A stretch of DNA of 64,000 bases from Dehalococcoidia bacterium (GCA_965220225.1 OZ244813.1:1095560-1159559), one strand, 5' to 3'; counted from the stretch's first letter, positions 27,718 to 38,082 are shown. The notes: generated from the letters alone by a model not told the origin. Made by a program: numbers and translations.

Positions 27718-28866
27718 CTACTCCGCCAGGCTGAATGTGGGGCTGGGGGGGCTGGAGAAGTTATCCGGCCACAGCAGCCGGGCGAGGTCCTCCGCTCCGC
27801 GTATGTTCCAGTAAGAGAGCGTGGTGAAGTGTTTGCTCTCGACCACGTGAATGGCTTCGTTCTTGATGGCCGGGAGTTCGGCGAGCGCCGCGTTCTCGAG
27901 CAGGCTCTGCTTGAACTCTTCGGCCCCGAACTCCACCGGCTGGGCGATGATGATGATCTCGGGGTTCATGGCGATGACCCCTTCGAGGCTGGTCGTCTGG
28001 TTGCTCTCGATGCCGGCCTCTTCTGCGGCGTTGATGCCGCCTGCGGCGGTGATGACGCCGCCCTCCGTCGAGTTGCCGCCTGCGACCCAGAGCGTGTCCG
28101 AGTACTGGGTGAGCGCAAGCACCCGGGGACGAGGCCCCAGCGTGCCGGTTACGGCGACGAGGGAATCGTAGCGGTCGCGCACTTCGGATGCGAACTCCAG
28201 GGCCCGCTCCTCTTCACCGAAGATGTAGCCCATCAGCAGGATGCTGTCTATGCGCGCCTGGGGGTCTTGTTCCAGGTCCGTCTGCACCACCGGGACTCCC
28301 ACCCTCGACAGGGCTTCGATGCCCTCAGCGGAGAAGAAGGGACTGGTGACGATAACGTCCGGCGCCTGGGCGATGATCGTTTCAGGGTCGCGTGAGATCT
28401 CGGCCTTGTCCTGCACCAGCGATGAGACGTTGGAGTAGGTTGCGTTCTTCGTGGCGCTTCCCACGGCAACGAGCCGCTCGCTCGGCACCAGGGCGAGAGT
28501 CATCTCATCGTGTCCCACGGAAGCGGTGATGATGCGCTCCGGCTTGGCCGGGATGCTCACGATGCCGTTCAGCCCCTCGACCTCGCGCGGCCAACCGAGG
28601 TTTGTTGTATCGACGATGCCGGGAACGTTGTCGGGGAGCGCGATCGCCGGCTCGGGAATTGGCGTCGGTTCAGGCATCGGCGTGGCTGTCGGTGCAGGCG
28701 CTGCGGTTGGCGTGGCTGTTGGGGTTGCCGTCGGGACAGGCGTTGGCGTGGGGGTTGCCTGCGAACATGCGGTCATGGCGAATACGAGGCACACGGCGAG
28801 CGTGGCGATGAGGGCGGGGAAGTGTCGGAACGGCAAGGTGGCTCCTTTCATGCGGTCATGTCTCAT
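27718..28866 (-). CDS. btuF: ABC transporter substrate-binding lipoprotein (BtuF/FhuD-type periplasmic binding protein)
   Basis: Lipobox ...VFAMTAC, then a Thr/Pro-rich linker and a Peripla_BP_2-like body. The symbol is inferred from context. Confidence 0.8.
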   Translation of the reverse strand: MRHDRMKGATLPFRHFPALIATLAVCLVFAMTACSQATPTPTPVPTATPTATPTAAPAPTATPMPEPTPIPEPAIALPDNVPGIVDTTNLGWPREVEGLNGIVSIPAKPERIITASVGHDEMTLALVPSERLVAVGSATKNATYSNVSSLVQDKAEISRDPETIIAQAPDVIVTSPFFSAEGIEALSRVGVPVVQTDLEQDPQARIDSILLMGYIFGEEERALEFASEVRDRYDSLVAVTGTLGPRPRVLALTQYSDTLWVAGGNSTEGGVITAAGGINAAEEAGIESNQTTSLEGVIAMNPEIIIIAQPVEFGAEEFKQSLLENAALAELPAIKNEAIHVVESKHFTTLSYWNIRGAEDLARLLWPDNFSSPPSPTFSLAE

Positions 28867-29939
28867 AGCGAGTAGACCTGGCGCTTGTTTCTGATGAGCA
28901 GGAGGATGAAGAACGGCGCGCCGACGAATGCGGTGAGCACGCCGACGCGGAACTCGGCCGGTTGGATGATGGTCCTCGCCACGGTGTCCGCAACGGTGAC
29001 GAAGACCGCGCCTCCAAGCGCGCTCATCGGGATGAGCACACGATGGTCCGGCCCGATCATCAGCCGGAGGATGTGGGGCGTCACGAGGCCGACGAACGCG
29101 ATGGTGCCGCTCACGGCTACTGCTGTGCCGGTCACCAGCGCCGCCGCCGCCAGGAGCGTGATGCGGGCCACGCCAACGCGAACGCCCATCGAGCGGGCTT
29201 CGTCGTCGCCCAGCATCAGGAGGTTCAGGTCGCGCGCCATCAGCATGATCACCGCGGTACCGCCGATGATCAGCGGCGCCGAGATGCGCACGTGCTCCCA
29301 GGAGCGCGAGTCCAGTCCTCCCGCGAGCCAGAAGAGGATCTCGCGGAGTGCGTCGTTGTCGGGCAGGAGGATGATGATTGCGGAGACGATCGCTCCGAGG
29401 AATGCGTTGACCGCGACTCCGGCGAGCAGGAGCGTTGCCATGGAGAAGCGTCCGCCAACGGCCGCTATACCGTAGACGAGGAACGAGGCCGCGATAGCCC
29501 CCATGAACGCGAACACGGGTAGCGCAAGGAAGAACAGACCTGCCATCCCGGTTGCGATGGACACCACTGCGCCCACGGCGCCCCCGGCGGATACGCCGAT
29601 GATGCCCGGGTCGGCCATGGGGTTACGGAAGAGCCCCTGCATCGTTGCTCCGGCCACGCCTAGGGCGACTCCCACCACGGCTCCGACCAGTATCCGCGGC
29701 AGCCTGATCTGTTCGATGACGAGCCGTTCCGTGTGGCCGAACCCGGCCGCATCGAAACCCAGCGACGACAGCACGATAGAGGCGACGTGGCTCACGGGTA
29801 TGCTGACCGGGCCCATGCTCAGGGAGACGGCGGCGCTCGCCAGTATCAGCAGGAGCAGCGCCGATGCGCCGATCGCCAGCCGGCTGGTTACCGCCATGCG
29901 CCGGTAACCGCGTAGCGTGGTGAGTCCGACCGCCCTCAA
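28863..29939 (-). CDS. btuC: FecCD-family ABC permease
   Basis: 358-aa polytopic protein with ...RLPRILVGAVVGVALGVAG... The TTG start at 29939 lies 9 nt after GGAGG; an alternative ATG is at 29897. Confidence 0.85.
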   Translation of the reverse strand: MRAVGLTTLRGYRRMAVTSRLAIGASALLLLILASAAVSLSMGPVSIPVSHVASIVLSSLGFDAAGFGHTERLVIEQIRLPRILVGAVVGVALGVAGATMQGLFRNPMADPGIIGVSAGGAVGAVVSIATGMAGLFFLALPVFAFMGAIAASFLVYGIAAVGGRFSMATLLLAGVAVNAFLGAIVSAIIILLPDNDALREILFWLAGGLDSRSWEHVRISAPLIIGGTAVIMLMARDLNLLMLGDDEARSMGVRVGVARITLLAAAALVTGTAVAVSGTIAFVGLVTPHILRLMIGPDHRVLIPMSALGGAVFVTVADTVARTIIQPAEFRVGVLTAFVGAPFFILLLIRNKRQVYSL

Positions 29940-29949
29940 ATCAAGAAAC

Positions 29950-29973
29950 CTCCAACGGCTCTCCGCTGGAGGT
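29950..29973 (-). promoter_or_regulatory. SD-sequestering hairpin of the riboswitch expression platform
   Basis: The minus strand reads CCTCCAGCGGagagcCGTTGGAGG. The 3' arm contains the GGAGG used by the btuC-like start. Confidence 0.5.
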
Positions 29974-30034
29974 CAGGTTTCACTCTGCCGGGATCTCGCG
30001 TCCGGCGGCGGAGGGACCCTCTCTGAGGCGGAGA

Positions 30035-30205
30035 GTGGTCACCTCTCGTTCAGGCAGGTCTCCTGGCTTCGCGGGTGGATGCACTTGCCGGACCCTTCCC
30101 ATCGTCATCTCCGACAGTGGGCTCCGGCTCCCAATCATCCCGCTTACAGTGGCGCTACCGCGGCGGATTCGCACCGCCTTCCCTATTCTCCCTGGGACGG
30201 GCACC
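30035..30205 (-). promoter_or_regulatory. cobalamin (B12) riboswitch
   Basis: The minus strand reads ...GGGAAGGCGGTGCGAATCCGCCGCGGTAGCGCCACTGTAAGCGGG...GAAGCCAGGAGACCTGCC, which is the canonical core plus the B12 box. Confidence 0.9.
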
Positions 30206-30328
30206 TGAACGAGCAGTGATCGTATGTCCGTACGAGAGGGCAGGCTATGGCGTGCTCCGTCGCACTGTCAAGCAAGGTGGGTTTGTCCAGGGCGTCGCAC
30301 GGGGCTCGTGGTCTGCAGCGCAGCGTGC

Positions 30329-31402
30329 TCAGACCTCGTAGCAGGCCACCAGGTGTCCGGGACTCTTCTCCTCCATGGGGGGATGCGGGTGGCCCAGGCA
30401 GTGCGCAGTGGCTGCGGGGCACCTTTCGTAGAACCGGCAGCGGGATGGCGGGTCTATGGGCGTAGCAAGGTCGCCGCGTATGTCCGGCGCCTGCCTGCGC
30501 CGCCCCGGCTCGGGCAGCGGCACCGCGGACAACAGCGCCTTCGTATACGGATGCAGCGGATTGCGGAGCAACTCTTCCGTCTCAGCCAGCTCCACCACCT
30601 TCCCCAGGTACATGACGGCGATGCGGTGACACATGTAACGCGCCACCGCCAGGTCGTGCGTAACGTACAGGTAGGCTACCCCCAGCTCGGTGGCCAGGTC
30701 CTGCATCAGGGACATCACCCCCGTTCTGCTGGAAACGTCGAGCATGGAAGTCGGCTCGTCCGCCACGACGAAGGATGGGCGGATTACCAACGCACGGGCG
30801 ATGGCTACCCGCTGGCGCTGCCCGCCCGAAAGCTCGTGGGGGTGGCGGAACAGGAACGCACTTGCCGGCGTGAGGCCCACCAGCGTCAGGATCTCCAGCA
30901 CGCGGTCGACCCGGTACTGAACGTCGCCCATGCCCTGCACCGACAGTGGCTCAGAGATGATGTCGTAGATGGTCCGCCGCGGATTCATGGACTCATAGGG
31001 GTCCTGGAAGATCATCTGCACACGCCTGCGGAAGGAGCGCAACAGCGGTCCCCTGATGGCGGCAGCATCCCAGGGAGGCTCAGTCGCAGCGTCAACCGAG
31101 TCGCTGGCGAACCGGAAGAGCACCTGGCCGTCGGTGGGATCGAGCAGCTTGACCAGCAGCTTGCCAACGGTGGTCTTGCCGCAGCCCGACTCTCCCACCA
31201 GCCCGAGGCTCTCTCCGTGCCCCAGTTGGAAGCTGACGTCGTCGACGGCATGGATGAAGTTCGTGGGCCTGCGGAAAGGACCGCCGCCCACTGGGAACAG
31301 CTTGGTCAAGCCGTGAACGGCCACCAAGGGCTCGCCGTCTGAAGCGTTGGAGCCGTCGGCCCGGGCATCCGGGCGCTCAGGAGTGTTGCTTGCCCTTTCC
31401 AT
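30329..31402 (-). CDS. peptide/nickel ABC transporter ATP-binding protein (OppF/DppF-like)
   Basis: Motifs [17 protein letters not shown] and the C-terminal oligopeptide-type extension [12 protein letters not shown]. Confidence 0.88.
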   Translation of the reverse strand: MERASNTPERPDARADGSNASDGEPLVAVHGLTKLFPVGGGPFRRPTNFIHAVDDVSFQLGHGESLGLVGESGCGKTTVGKLLVKLLDPTDGQVLFRFASDSVDAATEPPWDAAAIRGPLLRSFRRRVQMIFQDPYESMNPRRTIYDIISEPLSVQGMGDVQYRVDRVLEILTLVGLTPASAFLFRHPHELSGGQRQRVAIARALVIRPSFVVADEPTSMLDVSSRTGVMSLMQDLATELGVAYLYVTHDLAVARYMCHRIAVMYLGKVVELAETEELLRNPLHPYTKALLSAVPLPEPGRRRQAPDIRGDLATPIDPPSRCRFYERCPAATAHCLGHPHPPMEEKSPGHLVACYEV

Positions 31403-31405
31403 CCG

Positions 31406-32398
31406 TCAGCTCTGCACGACCAGCGTAGGGTCCAGTGGATGCCAGCAGGCGGCCCAATGATTGCCGGACCTCGCTTGGGGCGGGTACTCGGTCCGGCATA
31501 CGTCCGTGGCGAATGCGCAGCGCGGATGGAACGGGCAGCCCTGTGGCGGGTCCGAGAGGTTCGGCGGCTCGCCGGGGAGGCTGGCCAACGAACGCCTCTC
31601 CCCGCTCACGCTGGGGAATGAAGACATCAGCGCCGCGGTGTAGGGATGAGCGGGTGCCCGGAAAACGTCGGCGGTGTCTCCCATCTCCACCAGCCGTCCG
31701 GCGTACATCACTCCCACCACGTCCGTAACCTCCGCTACCACCGCTATGTCGTGGCTGATGTAGATGATGCTCATGGCGAGTTGCTGCTGGATGGCCTTCA
31801 GCTCCCGGAGTATCCGGTCCTGCACGATCACATCCAGGGCAGTGGTCGGCTCGTCGGCGATCATCAGGTCGGGGTCGCACGACAATGCCATGGCGATGAC
31901 CGCCCGCTGGCGCATACCGCCGCTGAATTCATGGGGGTAGCGCTCCATCAGCTGCGGGTCCAGCCCAACCAACCGGAAGAGGCGGGCTACGCGCTCCCTG
32001 GCAGCGGCGTCAGTGGACTCGACGCCGTGCGTTTCGATGGCCTCGATGATCTGCTGGCCCACGCGGTACACGGGGTCCAGAACGTTCATGGCGGCCTGGA
32101 AGACCATGGAGATGCGCCGCCACCGCCGGAGCCGCATCTCCTCCTCGGTCAAGAGCAGGACGTCCTGCCCGTCCAGGAGCACTCGGCCGGCCGACAACCG
32201 CGCGTTGTCGGGCAGCAGCCGCATCAGGCAGTTCGCTACGGAGGTCTTTCCGCAGCCGGACTCACCAACCAGGCCCAGAGCGGAGCCTCGCGCCAACTCG
32301 AAGCTGACGTTCTGGATGGCCTGCACCTCTCCCTGCCGGGTCTGATAGCTCAGGCTCAGGCCGTCCACTGCCAGCAAAGGGTCGCGCCGGTCAGTCAT
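31406..32398 (-). CDS. peptide/nickel ABC transporter ATP-binding protein (OppD/DppD-like)
   Basis: Motifs [17 protein letters not shown] and PPQGCPFHPRC. Confidence 0.88.
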   Translation of the reverse strand: MTDRRDPLLAVDGLSLSYQTRQGEVQAIQNVSFELARGSALGLVGESGCGKTSVANCLMRLLPDNARLSAGRVLLDGQDVLLLTEEEMRLRRWRRISMVFQAAMNVLDPVYRVGQQIIEAIETHGVESTDAAARERVARLFRLVGLDPQLMERYPHEFSGGMRQRAVIAMALSCDPDLMIADEPTTALDVIVQDRILRELKAIQQQLAMSIIYISHDIAVVAEVTDVVGVMYAGRLVEMGDTADVFRAPAHPYTAALMSSFPSVSGERRSLASLPGEPPNLSDPPQGCPFHPRCAFATDVCRTEYPPQARSGNHWAACWHPLDPTLVVQS

Positions 32399-33383
32399 CG
32401 CGCCGCCTCAACCGGGGGTTCACGACCTCGTCCAGGGCTCGTCCTGCCAGGTAGAACGCACTGCAGAGGAGAGTGATCGATGCTCCGGCGGGCACGATAA
32501 GCCACCAGTACCTGGTGCCGCCCAGCAGATAGCCACCGGTGTTGGCGGTGTGGATCATGATCCCCCAGCTCATCCTCAGGTCCAGGAGACCGAGGAACGA
32601 CAGCACGGCCTCGGCGAAGATCGCGCTGGTCACGGTGAACATCATGTAGAGCAGGGCCAGGGGCAACAGGTGGGGGATGATGTGTACGAATATGATGTGG
32701 AGATCGCCCCCGCCGGCCACTCGCGCGGCTTCGATGAAGGGCTTCACCTTGATGCTGAGCGCTTGAGACTTCAGGATGATGGCCGTTCCCCCGAACCCGC
32801 CCAGCACACCGATTATCAGCGCGAGGTAGAACAGGTTCAGATGGAACAGGGCGCTCAACACGATCAGCAATGAGATAGCCGGCAGAGCGATGATCAGGTC
32901 GGCCAGCCGCATGAAGAAGGAGTCCACCAGCTTGCCGTAGTAGGCGGCCACCGCTCCGACGAAGGTCGCGATGCCCACAGTTACCAGCGCGGCGGTGATC
33001 CCCAGCACGAACTCGGAGCGGGTGCTGTAGAGCAGCTGGCTCAGCACGTCCCGGCCCAGCGGATCGGTCCCGAGGGGGTGCTTCCAGCTCGGCGCCGCCG
33101 GCTGCTCCACTTGGTCGAAGGAGTATCCGGTCACGGGGTCGTAGGTGGCGGGGTCCCAGACGAACGCCATCAGTATGGGATGAGCGGCCGCCATCAGGGC
33201 AAAGGCGATTATGGTGAACAGGGATAGCCTGCCCATCCAACTCTCCATGAATATCCCCCATCCGTTCCTGAACGACCGCCACATCGACCCCAGCCGCGCC
33301 AGCACGAAACGCGCCCTGCCGCGGCCGAGCTCGACCTCGAGTTCCGGCGTGGACATGGGGTTGACCGGTCCCGGGGTAGTCAC
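32391..33383 (-). CDS. ABC transporter permease (OppC/DppC-like)
   Basis: 330-aa polytopic protein; ends ...NPRLRRRDD. Its start overlaps the upstream gene by 4 nt and its stop overlaps the downstream gene by 8 nt. Confidence 0.85.
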   Translation of the reverse strand: MTTPGPVNPMSTPELEVELGRGRARFVLARLGSMWRSFRNGWGIFMESWMGRLSLFTIIAFALMAAAHPILMAFVWDPATYDPVTGYSFDQVEQPAAPSWKHPLGTDPLGRDVLSQLLYSTRSEFVLGITAALVTVGIATFVGAVAAYYGKLVDSFFMRLADLIIALPAISLLIVLSALFHLNLFYLALIIGVLGGFGGTAIILKSQALSIKVKPFIEAARVAGGGDLHIIFVHIIPHLLPLALLYMMFTVTSAIFAEAVLSFLGLLDLRMSWGIMIHTANTGGYLLGGTRYWWLIVPAGASITLLCSAFYLAGRALDEVVNPRLRRRDD

Positions 33384-34531
33384 CGGTAGCGGATCCTGGG
33401 GTCGAGATAGACGTAGAGCACATCGACTATGACGTGGGCTACGAGCGAGAGCGTCCCTATGAAGAGCATGGCCCCCATTACCAACGGCAGGTCTTCGCTC
33501 CTCACCGCCTGGAGGAGGGTCAGTCCGGTGCCAGGCCAGGAGAAGACACTCTCGATGATCACGCTGCCATCTATCGCGAATATCAGGCTGTAGACCAGGC
33601 TGGTCACGATAGGCAGCATGGCGTTCCGGGCGGCATGATGGTCACGCACCTGCTTGTCCGGCAATCCCTTGGCCCGCGCAGCCATCACGTAGTCCTCGCG
33701 GATGGTCTCCAGCATGCTGTTGCGGGTCAGCAGCATGGTCCCGGCGAAGGATATGAGCGTGAGCGTAGCGACGGGCAGCACCATGTGCTTCACGATGTCC
33801 AGCGCCAGCGCGCCGATACCCGAAAGGGCCCAGGCCGCCATGATGACCAGCGCGCCGCCGAGGACTATCGGAAGGGCCACCACTGACCGAACTCGCCGCC
33901 CGAACCTCTTGAGGAGCAGCATGACCAGGAGCGCGAAGGTGATGAAGGCCGCCGCGCTGAGCAGCATGCTGCCGAAGACGTAGTTGGCGCTGACGTCGGC
34001 CCCCCGCCACACCAGGGGGTCCAGGAACTTGCCCACCGGGAACCAGCCAAGCTTGAAGGCGAACGCCCAGATCATCATCAGGCCGAAAGCCGGAGTGAAG
34101 GCCGTAAACAGCAGGGCTCCCGATATGGTAGTGGCGTACTCGAACAGGCCGCCCCGGCGCCAGGCGATCGCCTTGCCCAGGAAGAATCCGATGTAGAAGG
34201 ACACGGCAGTCGCGGTGAGGAAGAGCACCAGCGTCCGAGGCACCCGCTCGGCCAGCACGTCCAGTACGGGCCGCGGGAAGTTCCCGAAGGACACCCCCAG
34301 GTTGCCCGTAAAGGTGTTCTTGAGATGGATCAGGTACTGCTGCCACGCCGGCTTGTCCAGCCCGAACGCGGCCCTGATCTGGTCCTTCACTTCGGGCGGC
34401 AGGTCCGGGTTGAGCACGTAGAAGGAAGCGTAGTCCCCCGGCTGGGCCTGCACCAGGAAGAACGTGAACGTGATGATGAGGAACAATGTCAACACCATCT
34501 GCCCGGTTCGCCTGACCAGGTAGCCTGTCAT
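33380..34531 (-). CDS. ABC transporter permease (OppB/DppB-like)
   Basis: N-terminus MTGYLVRRTGQMVLTLFLI...; ends ...YLDPRIRYR. Confidence 0.85.
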   Translation of the reverse strand: MTGYLVRRTGQMVLTLFLIITFTFFLVQAQPGDYASFYVLNPDLPPEVKDQIRAAFGLDKPAWQQYLIHLKNTFTGNLGVSFGNFPRPVLDVLAERVPRTLVLFLTATAVSFYIGFFLGKAIAWRRGGLFEYATTISGALLFTAFTPAFGLMMIWAFAFKLGWFPVGKFLDPLVWRGADVSANYVFGSMLLSAAAFITFALLVMLLLKRFGRRVRSVVALPIVLGGALVIMAAWALSGIGALALDIVKHMVLPVATLTLISFAGTMLLTRNSMLETIREDYVMAARAKGLPDKQVRDHHAARNAMLPIVTSLVYSLIFAIDGSVIIESVFSWPGTGLTLLQAVRSEDLPLVMGAMLFIGTLSLVAHVIVDVLYVYLDPRIRYR

Positions 34532-34622
34532 CAGGTCTGCTTTCCCAACGCGATGCTCAGGGTGTTGCTCTCCCGCCGTGCGCCGTGCTGACCGTGCCGG
34601 ACGCTACGGGTTGTCCGAAAGC

Positions 34623-36593
34623 CTATCTGAAGTCCACCAGGGTGGGCATCCCGGCAACGCTCTGCAGACCGCCCCAGGTTTCTGTGTAGGGAAAGTCGAC
34701 CCGGTCGCTCCGATAGGTTTCCACGATGGGAGTGTCGAACAGCACCACGTAGGGCAGGTCTTCCGCGAGGAATGCCTGCATCTCGAAGGCCTGTTGACGC
34801 GCTGCTTCCAGGTCGGTTTCGGTGAGCAGTCCGTCGGCCAGGCGGTCGAAGTCGGGGTTGTTGTACCCGCCGGCGTTGTACCCTTCCAGCTCCGAATGGC
34901 GGCTGTGGAAGAACGACTCGAGGTAGTCCGGGAAGGGGTTGAGACCCCAGCCGAGGATCCACATATCGAAGTCCTGCTGGTCGAACACCTTCTCGACGAT
35001 GACGTTGAACCCGGTGAGGTTGGCCCGCAAGGGGATGCCCACCTCGCTCAACCACCGCTCGATCCAGATGGCGAATGTGGAGCGCAACGGGTCGTATCCC
35101 GCACTGGGGGCGAGCACCTGCATCGCCGGCACCGGCTCGCCGTCGGGCATCCTCAGCCCCTCCCCCTGTTGTTCGATGAAATTGCCGTCCTCGCTGACGC
35201 GGGGCTCCGTCTCCCAGGTGAATCCTGCTTCCTTGAGCAGCTCTACAGCCCTGCTGACGCGCTCCTGGCGGTTCAGTCCCTTGCCGATGAGCGGCACGTC
35301 GGCGTTGTACCAGGCGCCGTTGCCCTCCGGCACCATCGTGTATATGGGGATCGCTACACCCTGCAGCACGGTATCCACCAGGAATTCCTTGTCTATCAGG
35401 GTTGCGACTGCCTGCCGGAAGGCCCTGTTGTCCATGGGCGCTTTGCGGAAGTTGAAACCCAGGTAGCGGAGTCCGTCGGATGCGTTCTCGATGGTTGTCA
35501 GGCCATCCTCTCCCGCCAGCTGCTCCTGCAGCCCCTTGGACAGCCCCAGCGGGTTCAGCATGAAGTCGATGTCGCCCTTCTTGAGGGCCAGAACGGCGGC
35601 GTCCTGGCTGCCGTAGATCGAGTAGATGGTGCTCGCCGCGTTGGGGCCTTCCACGTACTCCAGTACCGTTTCGCCGCCGGGCTCACCGTAGGCAGTGAAC
35701 TCGGTGATCCCGGGGGTGGTGGCCGAATATGCGCCGCTGGCATACAGCGCGACCTCCGTTCCGGCGAAGGAGTAGTCCTGGTTCCTGTCCTTCTCTGCGA
35801 AGGCGCCCCGCTCCCACTGGTCGAAGATGAACCCCCCGGCGCTCGGTTCGCCTTCAGGGACGTGGGAGAACAGCACCTTCTGCTGCTCGGTGGTGTCGCC
35901 GGCCTGCCGGGCCTCGGCCACCACCGGCTCCCAGTAGGACTTCGAGAAGATGGGCATGAACGCCAGCCCGAACTGCCATCGCGCCAGGCCCGGCTTCTGC
36001 TTGAAGAAGATCTTGAGCCGGTGCGGGCCGTCGGTTTCGGCGTGGTCGAAGAACTCCGGGTCCACTATTGAGGGCCAGTTGCCGGTGAGTTGCATCTCCG
36101 CGGCTGTATTGGCCGTGAACGCGAAGTCCTCGGCGGTAACGTCGCTGCCGTCGCTCCACTTCACGCCTTCCAGCAGTTCCACCTCCGTGGTCCAGAACGT
36201 CTCGCCTTCCACCACTTCCTCCTCGAGCGGAGTGGGGAAGTCGGCAGCCAGCGATGGGACCCAGTCGTACCGCTGCGCCGAGTACCCGTAGAGCGCCGGC
36301 TTGCTTCCGCCGAGTACGTAGCCGTTCCATATCGTCCCGTCCGGCCCCAGGTAAGCCCAGTGGTTCGTGGTGGTGAGGTCCGACGCGATACCGATCCGAT
36401 AGACCTTCTCTTCCTCCGCTTCGGACGGAGCCGGTGTTGCCACAGGAGCTTCGCCGGCGTCCGGTTGAGAAGTGGCCGTGGCCGCGGGAGCAGAAGTAGC
36501 AGGGCCGTTCTCCGACCCTTCCCCGGTGCAACCCGACAGCAGAGACAGGGCCAGCAACAGCCCGCAGAACGCAAACCGACCGATCGAACGCAT
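34623..36593 (-). CDS. ABC transporter substrate-binding lipoprotein, family 5 (peptide/nickel type)
   Basis: Lipobox LLSGCTG. 656 aa. First gene of the 5-gene ABC operon. Confidence 0.85.
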   Translation of the reverse strand: MRSIGRFAFCGLLLALSLLSGCTGEGSENGPATSAPAATATSQPDAGEAPVATPAPSEAEEEKVYRIGIASDLTTTNHWAYLGPDGTIWNGYVLGGSKPALYGYSAQRYDWVPSLAADFPTPLEEEVVEGETFWTTEVELLEGVKWSDGSDVTAEDFAFTANTAAEMQLTGNWPSIVDPEFFDHAETDGPHRLKIFFKQKPGLARWQFGLAFMPIFSKSYWEPVVAEARQAGDTTEQQKVLFSHVPEGEPSAGGFIFDQWERGAFAEKDRNQDYSFAGTEVALYASGAYSATTPGITEFTAYGEPGGETVLEYVEGPNAASTIYSIYGSQDAAVLALKKGDIDFMLNPLGLSKGLQEQLAGEDGLTTIENASDGLRYLGFNFRKAPMDNRAFRQAVATLIDKEFLVDTVLQGVAIPIYTMVPEGNGAWYNADVPLIGKGLNRQERVSRAVELLKEAGFTWETEPRVSEDGNFIEQQGEGLRMPDGEPVPAMQVLAPSAGYDPLRSTFAIWIERWLSEVGIPLRANLTGFNVIVEKVFDQQDFDMWILGWGLNPFPDYLESFFHSRHSELEGYNAGGYNNPDFDRLADGLLTETDLEAARQQAFEMQAFLAEDLPYVVLFDTPIVETYRSDRVDFPYTETWGGLQSVAGMPTLVDFR

Positions 36594-36686
36594 TCCGGCT
36601 TCACCTCAGGAGTAGAAGACGACTGAGAATAGCACGAGGACGAGGGCCGGTGCGGCCAGAGAACGCCCTATGGCTCCGGGAACGCG

Positions 36687-36762
36687 TGGTGGGCGAAGCA
36701 GGGATCGAACCTGCGACCTCCTGTGTGTAAGACAGGCGCTCTAACCGCTGAGCTATTCGCCC
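36687..36762 (-). tRNA. tRNA-Val (anticodon UAC)
   Basis: The reverse complement folds as a cloverleaf: acceptor GGGCGAA/TTCGCCC, anticodon stem CCTGT/ACAGG with loop CTTACAC, T-loop GGTTCGATCC, and an encoded CCA. Confidence 0.93.
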
Positions 36763-36837
36763 CTGCGGGTAGTCTACAGCCTGCAGGCCGCACGAGTAGG
36801 GGGCGTGATAGCCTGAGGAGCCCCATCACGCTTCTCG

Positions 36838-38082
36838 GTGGCTCTCGTGCTCACGTCCCGCAGGTTCTGGAGCGGCGCGCTCCACATCTACATCCCGTCC
36901 CTGCTGATGATGATCGGCCAGGGGATGCTCATCCCTGCGCTTCCGACCCTGGCGGAGACGTATGAGGTTGCGCCTGCGCTGGCCGTGCAGGTAGTCACCA
37001 TCCAGCAGGTGGGGAAGTTCATCGCGTTCATCCCCACTGGCGCGATCGTCGACCGGTGGGGAGCGAAGCCGCCCATGATGATCGGCGCGTTCGTCTCTGC
37101 GGCCTGTCTCCTGGGTGCGGCTGCCACGCAGAACTTCGTCCTGCTCCTGGGCACCCAGATCGTGTGGGGCTTCGGACAGAACATGTGGATGTTCGGGCGC
37201 GAGATCGCGGCTGCGGAGATGGTGCGTGCCGAGCATCGGGGACGGGCGCTGAGCACGCTGATGGGCATCAGCGGTGCAGGCATGGCGCTCGGGCCGGCGA
37301 TAGGCGGGTTCCTCGTCGAGCCTGTCGGCGTGCGGGGACTCTTCCTCATCTTCGCTGGGATCAGCGCGGTGATATTCGTCCTGGCAGTGATCCACAAGAG
37401 CGTGCGGATCGAGAGGCCCAAGAGCAACCGCTCCATGTTCGACTTCACGGCCTTCAAGCAGATACATCCCTACTTCCGGCTCACCTACTTCATCCTGTTC
37501 ATCACCACCTTCGGGGTGCTCACACGGACGCAGGTCACACATACGATGCTGCCGCTCTACGTGGAGAACCAGTTGGCCTACAGCCCCACGATGACCGGGC
37601 TGCTGTTCACCGTGCACGCCATCGCAACGTTCGCGATCATCCTGCCCGCCGGTTTCGTCTCGGACAAGCTCGGGCGCAAGTGGGTTGCCGCGCCATCGGC
37701 CCTCATCGCGGGCATCACCTTCGTCCTGGTCCCGTTCGCGGACAACCTGCTGATACTGGGGGTCGTGCTGGTGTTCATGGGTTTCGCCAGCGGCATGGCG
37801 ATGGGGTCCATGACCACCTACACGTTCGATATCGTGCCGGTGCATCTGCGCGGACAACTGCAGGCGCTGCGCCGGTCGTTTGGAGAGACGGGAGCGATAT
37901 CGGGGCCGCTCATCGCTGGAGCTGTGGCGAGCGTATCGAGCCCTTCGACGACGTTCTGGGTGTTCGCGCCGTTGCTCACGGGCGCAGGCCTTGCGCTCCT
38001 GTTCTTCGCGCGGGAGGGTCTGCCTTCCAAGCGGGCCCCGGGCGCTCCGCCGCCTGCAGTGGAGAGCGTTCCCGCCCGGTAG
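36838..38082 (+). CDS. MFS transporter (paralog 1 of a tandem pair)
   Basis: 414 aa. N-terminus ...IYIPSLLMMIGQGMLIPALPTLAETYEV is matched by the next gene. Confidence 0.85.
   Translation: MALVLTSRRFWSGALHIYIPSLLMMIGQGMLIPALPTLAETYEVAPALAVQVVTIQQVGKFIAFIPTGAIVDRWGAKPPMMIGAFVSAACLLGAAATQNFVLLLGTQIVWGFGQNMWMFGREIAAAEMVRAEHRGRALSTLMGISGAGMALGPAIGGFLVEPVGVRGLFLIFAGISAVIFVLAVIHKSVRIERPKSNRSMFDFTAFKQIHPYFRLTYFILFITTFGVLTRTQVTHTMLPLYVENQLAYSPTMTGLLFTVHAIATFAIILPAGFVSDKLGRKWVAAPSALIAGITFVLVPFADNLLILGVVLVFMGFASGMAMGSMTTYTFDIVPVHLRGQLQALRRSFGETGAISGPLIAGAVASVSSPSTTFWVFAPLLTGAGLALLFFAREGLPSKRAPGAPPPAVESVPAR

Noticed and set aside
28640-28770. Short periodic DNA repeats (ggcgt.ggc.gt..) that might suggest a tandem or CRISPR-like array.
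   Set aside because: They lie inside the btuF-like CDS and encode its Thr/Pro-rich lipoprotein linker (TPTPTPVPTATPTATPTAAPAPTATP). The same applies to the Gly/Ser/Asp linker at about 57784..57919. No CRISPR-type repeat-spacer structure exists anywhere in the window.
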